NCBI RefSeq assembly: GCF_006345805.1
Contig: NC_043009.1
Span: 34,410,001 to 34,474,000 of the forward strand
Direction of reading: 5' to 3'
Origin: Octopus sinensis
Taxonomy: Eukaryota
Length of the DNA: 64,000 bases
Shown here: one piece after another, positions 25,450 to 37,670 of the stretch
Position numbering within the stretch: position 1 is the stretch's first letter
Layout of the letters: each line of letters opens with the position of its first letter
Position numbers and translations under genes: made by a program
Notes under the pieces: model-generated
The model's input: only the letters and a program-made list of their open reading frames with translations
Database searches by the model: none
Told to the model about the DNA's origin: nothing

Positions 25450-25487
25450 CTGTTACTCTGAGTTTCCCATTCCCGTTTGTCGGACAG
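25450..25487 (-). ncRNA. Degenerate minimal type I hammerhead ribozyme (Penelope-type)
   Basis: CUGU CCGACAA ACG-GGAA-UGG GAAAC UCAGA GUA ACAG: stem I, core, weak stem II, GAAA and a GUA cleavage triplet. Two core deviations. Confidence 0.55.
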
Positions 25488-25886
25488 TTTTTGCTATATA
25501 TATATATATATATATATAATATGAATTAGAGATAAAACCACTATTATACAACTCAAACAGTGATAGACATAAACCAATACATAAATAAATAATATATATA
25601 AATATATAAAATGAATGATAAATATAATATAATTATATTATATTTATCATTCATTTTATACTTTTGGGAATATATATATATATTATATATTTATTGATTA
25701 TATATATTATTTGTTATTTATGTATTGGTTTATGTCTATCACTGTTTGAGTTGCATAATAGTGGTTTTATCTCTAATTCATATTTTATATTTTATATATT
25801 TATACTGTGAAATTGATTTAATACTAAATCGAATTTTTCCCTGTAAGTTTGGAGTTATACTCCCTAATATTATTATTATTATATAT

Positions 25887-25931
<45 letters not shown>

Positions 25932-26527
25932 GCATTGATGTATACTGTGTCCATGTTTACACTGATTAAAAACTGTTGTGTTTATGTTATGTTGTTATGT
26001 ATCTTTATCTTCCATCACTTAGCAGTCTGATAAAAAGACATTGATAACATAAGTGTTAGATGCCAGACTGAAAGAAAAGTACTGGGAGTCAATATGAATA
26101 GCTAAAGCCTTGAAGGTGGTGCCACAATATGACCAGTTTAATGACTGAAACCAATAAAGGAATAAAGGGGTGTGATAATGTAAACCGGTATAGAGTATAA
26201 GAATTAATTCTTTATCTGAAAGTATGACCGACACCAAAGTTTACAACTATGAAAGTGAACATGCAGGTGTAATGAAGGAAGAATCGCTATTTTAAATTAA
26301 TGGGATCTTATTAGCTTACATGTGGTTAGAACAGACATATCTTCATAAAACGACTTATAGACAAAGTTTGTATCAGGAATAAATCAAGTCATATGTGATT
26401 CAGAAATTTATGTTTGACGGAAACTCCTTATCACATGCACGCACATGCATGAACACACACACAAACAACAAACTCAAAAGTATTCTAAAGACACAATTTC
26501 AATATAAATGAAATAAAATAGAGCAGC

Positions 26528-29500
26528 AATAAAGCTACAATTTGTTTGATGTACAAGGAAGGAGTTTGAGATGATGTCTGTGATGAATTATGAATAAAGC
26601 TACAATTTGTTTGATGTACAAGGAAGGAGTTTGAGATGATGTCTGTGATGAATTATGAATAAAGCTACAATTTGTTTGATGTACAAGGAAGGAGTTTGAG
26701 ATGATGTCTGTGATGAATTATGAATAAAGCTACAATTTGTTTGATGTACAAGGAAGGAGTTTGAGATGATGTCTGTGATGAATTATGAATAAAGCTACAA
26801 TTTGTTTGATGTACAAGGAAGGAGTTTGAGATGATGTCTGTGATGAATTATGAATAAAGCTACAATTTGTTTGATGTACAAGGAAGGAGTTTGAGATGAT
26901 GTCTGTGATGAATTATGAATAAAGCTACAATTTGTTTGATGTACAAGGAAGGAGTTTGAGATGATGTCTGTGATGAATTATGAATAAAGCTACAATTTGT
27001 TTGATTGATGTACAAGGAAGGAGTTTGAGATGATGTCTGTGATGAATTATGAATAAAGCTACAATTTGTTTGATGTACAAGGAAGGAGTTTGAGATGATG
27101 TCTGTGATGAATTATGAATAAAGCTACAATTTGTTTGATTGATGTACAAGGAAGGAGTTTGAGATGATGTCTGTGATGAATTATGAATAAAGCTACAATT
27201 TGTTTGATGTACAAGGAAGGAGTTTGAGATGATGTCTGTGATGAATTATGAATAAAGCTACAATTTGTTTGATGTACAAGGAAGGAGTTTGAGATGATGT
27301 CTGTGATGAATTATGAATAAAGCTACAATTTGTTTGATGTACAAGGAAGGAGTTTGAGATGATGTCTGTGATAAATTATGAATAAAGCTACAATTTGTTT
27401 GATGTACAAGAAGGAGTTTGAGATGATGTCTGTGATGAATTATGAATAAAGCTACAATTTGTTTGATGTACAAGGAAGGAGTTTGAGATGATGTCTGTGA
27501 TGAATTATGAATAAAGCTACAATTTGTTTGATGTACAAGGAAGGAGTTTGAGATGATGTCTGTGATGAATTATGAATAAAGCTACAATTTGTTTGATGTA
27601 CAAGGAAGGAGTTGAGATGATGTCTGTGATAAATTATGAATAAAGCTACAATTTGTTTGATGTACAAGGAAGGAGTTTGAGATGATGTCTGTGATGAATT
27701 ATGAATAAAGCTACATTTGTTTGATGTACAAGGAAGGAGTTTGAGATGATGTCTGTGATAAATTATGAATAAAGCTACAATTTGTTTGATGTACAAGAAG
27801 GAGTTTGAGATGATGTCTGTGATGAATTATGAATAAAGCTACAATTTGTTTGATGTACAAGGAAGGAGTTTGAGATGATGTCTGTGATGAATATGAATAA
27901 AGCTACAATTTGTTTGATGTACAAGGAAGGAGTTTGAGATGATGTCTGTGATGAATTATGAATAAAGCTACAATTTGTTTGATGTACAAGGAAGGAGTTT
28001 GAGATGATGTCTGTGATGAATTATGAATAAAGCTACAATTTTTTGATGTACAAGGAAGGAGTTTGAGATGATGTCTGTGATGAATTATGAATAAAGCTAC
28101 AATTTGTTTGATGTACAAGGAAGGAGTTTGAGATGAGTCTGTGATGAATTATGAATAAAGCTACATTTGTTTGATTGATGTACAAGGAAGGAGTTTGAGA
28201 TGATGTCTGTGATGAATTATGAATAAAGCTACAATTTGTTTGATGTACAAGGAAGGAGTTTGAGATGATGTCTGTGATGAATTATGAATAAGCTACAATT
28301 GTTTGATTGATGTACAAGGAAGGAGTTTGAGATGATGTCTGTGATGAATTATGAATAAAGCTACAATTGGTTGATGTACAAGGAAGGAGTTGAGATGATG
28401 TCTGTGATGAATTATGAATAAAGCTACAATTTGTTTGATTGATGTACAAGGAAGGAGTTTGAGATGATGTCTGTGATGAATTATGAATAAAGCTACAATT
28501 TGTTTGATGTACAAGGAAGGAGTTTGAGATGATGTCTGTGATGAATTATGAATAAAGCTACAATTTGTTTGATGTACAAGGAAGGAGTTTGAGATGATGT
28601 CTGTGATGAATTATGAATAAAGCTACAATTGTTTGATGTACAAGGAAGGAGTTTGAGATGATGTCTGTGATGAATTATGAATAAAGCTACAATTTGTTTG
28701 ATGTACAAGGAAGGAGTTGAGATGATGTCTGTGATGAATTATGAATAAAGCTACAATTTGTTTGATGTACAAGGAAGAGTTTGAGATGATGTCTGTGATG
28801 AATTATGAATAAAGCTACAATTTGTTTGATGTACAAGGAAGGAGTTTGAGATGATGTCTGTGATAAATTATGAAAAGCTACAATTGTTTGATGTACAAGG
28901 AAGGAGTTTGAGATGATGTCTGTGATGAATTATGAATAAAGCTACAATTTGTTTGATGTACAAGGAAGGAGTTTGAGATGATGTCTGTGATGAATATGAA
29001 TAAAGCTACAATTTGTTTGATGTACAAGGAAGGAGTTTGAGATGATGTCTGTGATGAATTATGAATAAAGCTACAATTTGTTTGATGTACAAGGAAGGAG
29101 TTTGAGATGATGTCTGTGATGAATTATGAATAAGCTACAATTTGTTTGATGTACAAGGAAGGAGTTTGAGATGATGTCTGTGATGAATTATGAATAAAGC
29201 TACAATTTGTTGATGTACAAGGAAGGAGTTGAGATGATGTCTGTGATGAATTATGAATAAAGCTACAATTTGTTTGATGTACAAGGAAGGAGTTTGAGAT
29301 GATGTCTGTGATGAATTATGAATAAAGCTACAATTTGTTTGATTGATGTACAAGGAAGGAGTTTGAGATGATGTCTGTGATGAATATGAATAAAGCTACA
29401 ATTTGTTTGATGTACAAGGAAGGAGTTTGAGATGATGTCTGTGATGAATTATGAATAAAGCTACAATTGTTTGATTGATGTACAAGGAAGGAGTTTGAGA

Positions 29501-31086
29501 TGATGTCTGTGATGAATTATGAATAAAGCTACAATTTGTTTGATGTACAAGGAAGGAGTTTGAGATGATGTCTGTGATGAATTATGAATAAAGCTACAAT
29601 TTGTTTGATGTACAAGGAAGGAGTTTGAGATGATGTCTGTGATGAATTATGAATAAAGCTACAATTGTTTGATGTACAAGGAAGGAGTTTGAGATGATGT
29701 CTGTGATGAATTATGAATAAAGCTACAATTTGTTTGATGTACAAGGAAGGAGTTTGAGATGATGTCTGTGATGAATTATGAATAAAGCTACAATTTGTTT
29801 GATGTACAAGGAAGGAGTTTGAGATGATGTCTGTGATGAATATGAATAAAGCTACAATTTGTTTGATGTACAAGGAAGGAGTTGAGATGATGTCTGTGAT
29901 GAATTATGAATAAAGCTACAATTTGTTTGATGTACAAGGAAGGAGTTTGAGATGATGTCTGTGATAAATTATGAATAAAGCTACAATTTGTTTGATGTAC
30001 AAGGAAGGAGTTTGAGATGATGTCTGTGATGAATTATGAATAAAGCTACAATTTGTTTGATGTACAAGGAAGGAGTTTGAGATGATGTCTGTGATGAATT
30101 ATGAATAAAGCTACAATTGTTTGATGTACAAGGAAGGAGTTGAGATGATTGTCTGTGATGAATTATGAATAAAGCTACAATTTGTTTGATGTACAAGGAA
30201 GGAGTTTGAGATGATGTCTGTGATGAATTATGAATAAGCTACAATTTGTTTGATGTACAAGGAAGAGTTTGAGATGATGTCTGTGATGAATTATGAATAA
30301 AGCTACAATTTGTTTGATGTACAAGGAAGGAGTTTGAGATGATGTCTGTGATGAATTATGAATAAAGCTACAATTTGTTTGATGTACAAGGAAGGAGTTT
30401 GAGATGATGTCTGTGATGAATTATGAATAAAGCTACAATTGTTTGATTGATGTACAAGGAAGGAGTTTGAGATGATGTCTGTGATGAATTATGAATAAAG
30501 CTACAATTTGTTTGATGTACAAGGAAGGAGTTTGAGATGATGTCTGTGATGAATTATGAATAAAGCTACAATTTGTTTGATTGATGTACAAGGAAGGAGT
30601 TTGAGATGATGTCTGTGATGAATTATGAATAAAGCTACAATTTGTTTGATGTACAAGGAAGGAGTTTGAGATGATGTCTGTGATGAATTATGAATAAAGC
30701 TACAATTTGTTTGATTGATGTACAAGGAAGGAGTTTGAGATGATGTCTGTGATGAATTATGAATAAAGCTACAATTTGTTTGATGTACAAGGAAGGAGTT
30801 TGAGATGATGTCTGTGATGAATTATGAATAAAGCTACAATTTGTTTGATTGATGTACAAGGAAGGAGTTTGAGATGATGTCTGTGATGAATTATGAATAA
30901 AGCTACAATTTGTTTGATGTACAATGAAGGAGTTTCAGATGATGTCTGTGATGAATTATGAATAAAGTTACAATTTGTTTGATGTACAAGGAAGGAGTTT
31001 CAGATGATGTCTATGATGAATTATGAATAAAGCTACAATTTGTTTGATGAACAAGGAAGGAGTTTGAGATGGTGTCTGTGATGAAC
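26528..31086. repeat. Tandem satellite array, 65-bp monomer, about 70 copies
   Basis: Monomer AATAAAGCTACAATTTGTTTGATGTACAAGGAAGGAGTTTGAGATGATGTCTGTGATGAATTATG repeats head-to-tail with no spacers. A 69-bp variant carries an extra GATT. The last few copies are diverged. Confidence 0.98.
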
Positions 31087-32815
31087 TCTGAGAGCTTGTA
31101 TTCTGCAATAGAAAACAAGAAACAGATTTCTAAAGTTATATACTGTGTTACAACTTACATTGAACATACAAAATGCTTTAGATGCTTTTAGCCATCATGA
31201 ACAAAACTATATTGGGACACCAACACTTTGTAGTAGAGATGCTGTGTTTTATGTAGTATCAAATAGTGTGACTAAAGAATTAAGATAACATCATTACAAC
31301 AAAAGAAAACTGAGAGTTTGTTCATTCACTCATTTCATTGTCCATTTGTTTCACTAGCCTTTACTTGCTTTTCAAGTAAGGGATCTCTTATTTCATTCTT
31401 CATTTCTTCGAAAGTGTAGAAGTTGATGATTTCTTGACAGAAGTAACAACATCACTCATAACTTCCAAAGTGCAAATACAAGCAAATACATACACACACA
31501 ATGGGTTTCTCTACCAAATTTAAGCTCACTCACAAAGCTTTGGTCAGCAGGAGGCTATAGTACAATATAAAGGTCCAAGATGTTATGCAGGGAAACTAAA
31601 GTGAAACCTGAAGTCACACAGTTGAAAGAATTTCTTAACTGTGTGACAAGAAGTGTGCTTCTCCACCACATGGTTCTGGGTTCAGTCTCACTGCGTGGCA
31701 ACTTAGGCAAGTGTTCTCGGGCTGACCAAAGCCTTGTGAGTGGATTTGGTAGATGAAAACTGAAAAAAAGCCCATCATATGTGTGTGTGTGTATGTGTTT
31801 GTTCTCCACCATCACTTGACATCTGGTGCTTGTATTTACGTCCCTGTAACTTAGTGGTTCGGCAAAAGAGATCAATAGAATAAGTACCAGGCTTAAAGAA
31901 TGGAGTAAGTTCTGAGGTTGATTCATTTGACTAAAAATTCTTCAAGGCGTACCCCAGGATGGCTGCAGTCTAATGACTGAAACAAGTAAAAAGTAAAAAA
32001 AGTTTTAAAAAAATACAACCATGTCTATACTAAATAAATAACTTTTTGCACACACACACACACACATGCAGGCACACACTCTTTTATGAATAAAAAACAG
32101 TTTTGTTTTTGTAATGTTAAAACTATGACTAATTTCATTGACACACTCACATACACACACAGGTTGCAGTAGTTTGCTAGTATAACAGATATGATTGGTG
32201 GGCTAGTAAGGGGGCTAGTACTGGCGGCAGCAGCAGCAGCAGTAGCACAGCAATAGTACAAGTGTTATAGTAGTAGTAGTAGTTATAGTTAGTGGTATGT
32301 GTTGGGTGTATGAACTAATAATAGGTATGGTAGTATACAGACTGAAAGAAAAAGATGTATGTGTGTTTATTAAATACATACATATACATATATAAAGAGG
32401 AAGAGAGAGGGGGAGAGCTGATAAGTGTGTGTGTGTGTGTGTGGTGTGTGTGTGTGTGTGTGACTGTGTGTGTGTGTGTGTGTGACTGTGTGTATGCAAG
32501 TGTCTTAATTTAGCTTCAGGCTACAACAGGTTGTAATGGTGTAGTTGTTGGGACATGAGTGCATTCATGTATAAATGTTGAGAGTATTGAGTATTTGAGG
32601 AAGAGGATAGAACATCTGTGACCTTTGTACGACCTGATCACCTCCTGCTTAAACTATTGAGAGGGTAGTAGGGTAGAGGAGATGGGTAGAAGATACTGAG
32701 AAAGGAAAGTGTCTACTGAGCCAGTGGTTGTTATATACTGATATTGTCTAGCCCTATGTCAGCCCTGATTGAATAGACATATGATCAAAGCATTCCAGTG
32801 GTAATCATACCTATT

Positions 32816-33041
32816 TCTTTACTACCCACAAGGGGCTAAACACAGAAGGGACAAATAAGGACAGACAAACGGATTAAGTCGATTACATTGACCCCAGTGC
32901 GTAACTGGTACTTAATTTATCAACCCCGAAAGGATGAAAGGCAAAGTCGACCTCGGTGGAATTTGAACTCTGAACGTAGGGACGGACGAAATACTGCTGA
33001 GCATTTCACCCGGCGTGCTAACGATTCTGCCAGCTCGCCGC
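32816..33041 (-). mobile_element. SINE family C
   Basis: Reverse complement of the 20722 element. Confidence 0.82.
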
Positions 33042-33499
33042 CTTTCCATTGTCTTCCTAAGACAAATGCAGCCAGAACTACAATGACCAATGAATCCTCC
33101 TTTTAAGAAGGAATGGTGTGATATGAGGAAGATTTGGCTGCTATTTCTAGCAGGTAATGTGATTCTAGAGGCTCCTACATTGGTTCAAGGTTGACAATAA
33201 ATAGATTATTAATGCATAGAAAGAAACAATACGGTAAACATGGTCAAATCCCAAGATTCAGTCAAGAATATCATACCATATGTCAACAAGAGTTGATCAA
33301 ATGTGGGCCAGAGAGAACATGACTCTTCATAAGTAATCATAGAGGAAACTTTCAATTCAAAAGATGAAAAAAAAAAAGGGAAATAGATAAAATCTGTAAG
33401 TAGGAAACTTAGCCAGGAACCTCAGATGACATATCGTGATAGAGGACAACCATGTAATTTTCATGGAATTTATCAAGGACCTTTGGCCATTGTATGGTA

Positions 33500-33728
33500 T
33501 CGGCGAGCTGGCAGAATCGTTAGCACGCCGGGTGAGATGCTTAGCGGTATTTCGTCTGCTGCTATGTTCTGAGTTCAAATTCCGCCGAGGCCAACTTTTC
33601 CTTTCATTCTTTCGGGGTCGATAAAATAAGTACCAGTTACGCACTGGGGTCGATATAATCGACTTAATCCGTTTGTCTGTCTGTGTTTGTCCTCTCTGTG
33701 TTTAGCCCCTTGTGGGTAGTAAAGAAAT
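33500..33728 (+). mobile_element. SINE family C
   Basis: Same element on the plus strand. Confidence 0.82.
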
Positions 33729-34179
33729 TGGTATAGAGTGCTAGACTACAGTGTGACAAACATTATTTAGCCACTATGTGGTGTATAGTACTTGACCAAT
33801 ACTTGACCAGTACTTGACCAAAGTATCATGTATTGACCCACATGTGACATTTGACTACTACTACATCATCACTACAAAACAACAACCACCAATACTCTAA
33901 CAAGTGTATTTACTGAATGGAAAGCTTTTAGGATGACAAATCTTTTTTGTTAGCTGTTTCCCTCTCTTCTCTTCTTGATACTATCACTTTTTTCTATCTC
34001 CTAGTGGTGGTGATGGTGGTGGACATAGTGATGGAGGAAGTGGAAAACGAAATGGATAGAAAATGTAGAAGTAGAGAGATACAGAGAAAGGTGGGGGGAG
34101 GAAGAACCTGCAGCCACCTCTTTTTGCTAGAGAAATATATAAAGACAAACAAGTATTATGTTGTCTTACTCCCACTTAC

Positions 34180-34311
34180 ATCCACTCCCTACATATCCCT
34201 CCCATCCACATGCATTGAATCACATAACCAGAGCACCATCATCTGCCAACAACAGCAACAGCAGCAATAAAAAGGTGGTGGTAGCAGTGGAAGGTGGGAG
34301 AGTTCTGCCTC
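34180..34311 (-). other. Candidate non-coding 5' UTR exon of the Tec-family gene
   Basis: Acceptor TTCTTGCTTGTCTCATTCAG and donor GAT|GTAAGT on the gene strand, 132 nt apart. No protein similarity seen. Confidence 0.2.
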
Positions 34312-34993
34312 CTGAATGAGACAAGCAAGAATTCAGTTTTTATTCATTCATCGAAAGGAAGGAAGGAGAGGTTAGCTACAAGAGGAGGGGGTGAGACTGA
34401 GAAAGGAAGAGGATGCCTGGGACTGAAGGCTTTAACAATGTAAATAAACTATGACCATCACTCCAAACAATTAGTGAAATCCAGCTGGCCAGTTTAACAC
34501 TACTATCTGATTGTTAGTTGCCTTTAGCAGAGTTCACTCTGTTGCAAGGCTCCAGTTTGAGGATACCTTCCTCCAACCCTCACTTAATTCCACCATTTAT
34601 GATTTGTAGGCACATGGTATTTTGTTATGCAATCATAATATGCTACAAGGTATATTAAACGTTTTTATCAGTGCTGGCTATAATTCCTACATAAAATCTG
34701 TAGAGATGACCATAACACCACAATTCCACCAGTCTTGGAAACCCTAGAAAGGTGTTTAAGCACTGCTTTTCCTCTGAACTAAAAGATAATAAAAAAGTGA
34801 AACAAAGATTTTTATATGGAGGTGGGTGTTGGGGTGATAACACTTCAGTACCTTAAGTAAAAAAAGACGCATTGGATTAAGTAATCTAAGAGACACTAAG
34901 CCTAAATAAAAGACTAGATGATCATTGCTGGAAACTTTTGATCATAAATTATTTGATCAGGATCGAACAGGATTTAAACAAAAATTAACTTAA

Positions 34994-35212
34994 CCCTTTA
35001 GCATTCAGTTAATCTGCCAAATGTAAAGCCTGTTTAATTACATTATTTTAAACTAATTGTACAGCATCTTGTAACTCTGGGATATTGATGATGTCCCTGT
35101 TTATTTTTAGAATGACTTTGTAGGGTAGGTGTGAGAGGTCAGAGCTGGCTGGTTTGAGAATAAAACAGGAAGACAATTTTGGCCTGATATGGCCGGTTTA
35201 AACACTAATGGG
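34994..35212. mobile_element. piggyBac-type MITE, second family
   Basis: TTAA|CCCTTTAGCATTCAG ... AAACACTAATGGG|TTAA. A degenerate reverse copy lies near 21590-21895. Confidence 0.75.
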
Positions 35213-35744
35213 TTAAAGAACCATTTCCATCTAATGCCAGAGCGGAAACAAGTGTAATTATCCATTAAAGAAACATGATTAAAAAACACACAAAAAACAC
35301 CCCCAAAACAACAACAACTACTACTACTGCTACTACTACAGCTACTACTGCTACTGCTGCTGAAATGGTATTTGGTATTTGTTGAAGTCCTTATTGTTCT
35401 GAGGCCAACTTTGTTTCTCATCCTTACAGGGTCAATAAACTAATGTACCAATTAAATATTGTGTCAAGCTCCACTGACTGCTTTGACATGGTTTTTACAG
35501 TTGGATGCCCTTACTAATGCCAAACACTTTATGTGGCATGAGCACCAGAGAGGTTACCATGTAACTTGCGAGACAGGATACTTCAACTGAATGAGGAGGA
35601 GTATTGAAGGAAGTAGCTTTGTGCCAGATGATGATAGGTTAAAGTATGTTAGAGGGACAGAAATAGGTGTCTTGGAGACTAACTAGTTGAGTTGGAAAAA
35701 GGTGAAGAGGGGGAATGAAAGAGAGAAGAGATGTAAGGAGGGAG

Positions 35745-35787
<43 letters not shown>

Positions 35788-36069
35788 ACACTTAAGAAGA
35801 TGTGTCAGGGTACATCAAGTAACAGGAAGTGTTAAATAATAGTAGATGATTAGATAGGGTGAGAGGGCAGCTAAGTTCCCAAGAGTGCAAAAGATAAGTG
35901 GGAGAGTAGGGAGGGGAATGCAGAGCATGGTGAACATGAGTGGAAGGAGGGACTATTAAGAAGGTGAGTTGTAAGGAAGAGATTTGTTAGGGACAGATTG
36001 TGTGTAGTACAGGAGGCATAGACATAAACAATGAACCTCATTTTTACTTAGCTGGACAGGTCATCTTGG

Positions 36070-37670
36070 GCACTGAAAATTATCTATCATCTCAGTCTTT
36101 TGTCATCTCCTCAGTGAGGCTGAATAAATGAAGGTCATTTCTCACCACTTCATCACATATCTTACTGGACTTCCTCTTCCATGGATTCCACCCATATTTA
36201 GCGATCAGCACTTCTTTATACAGCTGTCCTCATCCATCTGCATACATGACCACACCAGCAGAGTCATCTCTCTTGCACACTACATATGATGTCTATTATG
36301 CTCAATTTTTCTCTCAACACATTCACATTTTGTTATACATGTATACTGACATTGCACATCCAGTGGAGGATGCCATCTCCATTTCTTTCAAGCCTTTACA
36401 TGTCCTCTACATTTACAACACATATCTCACGACCATGTTTGTACACAGGTATCATACAATCTGCCTTTCACTCTGAGGGAGAGGCCCTTTGTTATTAAAA
36501 AAATGACAGCTCTCTGAACTTTGCCCAGCAATTTCATATTTCAGAGCATCCACCTCCACTTGCTAATCTGGTCACCTAGGTAACAAAAACCGTTTACTAC
36601 TTCTAAGGATCTTTCTGGGCATTGGAGGAAATCTGTTTCTTGTGTGTTCTTAGTTTTATTGTTTCTGACTATTTGTTCACACACAAAGACTACTTTCTCT
36701 GTTACCCTTCTGTGATTCCATCACACATCTTATGTGTCCATAGCTTGCACAGGGTACACTGTATAGAATTTCTACCAACACCTTTTCTACATATTGAGCA
36801 GAGCCATTTCTGTGAAGGAATTAGTAATTTATCTGCTTTCTTGCTTGCTAGATCTTTGGTCTTTGTTAAGTCTTTCATCTACGGTCCTTTGATTCTAGGC
36901 TTTGCCTCTACATTTGAACTTTCTTCTCTAATTCTATTACAAATTCAGCTATAAGAACAAGGTCATCAGCATAGAGGAGCTCCTATAAGCAACCAGTCTA
37001 CCAATCTTAAACTCCTCTGTTATAGACTGGAGGACTGTGATAAATAAGATGGGGCTGAGAACTGAGCCTTGGTGAACTACCTGCATGCTGAATTCCTGTA
37101 CCCCTAGCTTTTGCAGTGATCACCAGGTGAGAAAGTGATGGACCTTAACAAATGTCAAAAAAGTACAGCAGTTTATTTTGGTTAAATACTTCTCCTGCAG
37201 TTGCCTTACCAGGAAGATAACATCAGTAGCCCTTTTTCCTGGTACAAAACCAAACTACATCTCATGAAGGTTAACTCTCTTCCTAATTATTTGAGCTATG
37301 ACCCTTTCTGTAACTTCCATGATCCAATCCAACAATGCGATACCTCTGTAATTACTATCTAAGGTGTCTCCTTTAGCTTTGAAGTAGTTGACTCTGACAC
37401 TGCTACATCAGTCATTGAACATAACCTCTTCCTAAATAACTACATGGGAAACTAGGCTGTACCCCATGCCATCAGATATTTTAAGCATCATCCTGGTGGT
37501 CATTCCTGATGGACCAGGAGCTTTTCCTGACTTCATGACCTTAATTGCCTTATCTATGATACTGCTGTCAACTTGGATGGCTGGTCCCTCTGTTGGGTCC
37601 ACATCAGAAAGATTATCCTTCTCACAAGCATTCTCCACGAACAGCCTTTCGTTGTGGCACCCTCATGCCT
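36070..37670 (-). mobile_element. Degraded RTE-clade LINE ORF2 (RT plus PHD-like finger)
   Basis: Minus-strand pieces KSGKAPGPSG, ELLYADDLVL, and a CSICRKGVGRNSIQCTLCKLWTHKMC zinc finger, with many stops. Confidence 0.88.

Noticed and set aside
26528-31086. CRISPR-like array, or a repeated MYIKQIVALFIIHHRHH protein
   Set aside because: There are no unique spacers and the context is eukaryotic. The 65-bp unit is not a multiple of 3, so the ORFs are frame-cycling artefacts.
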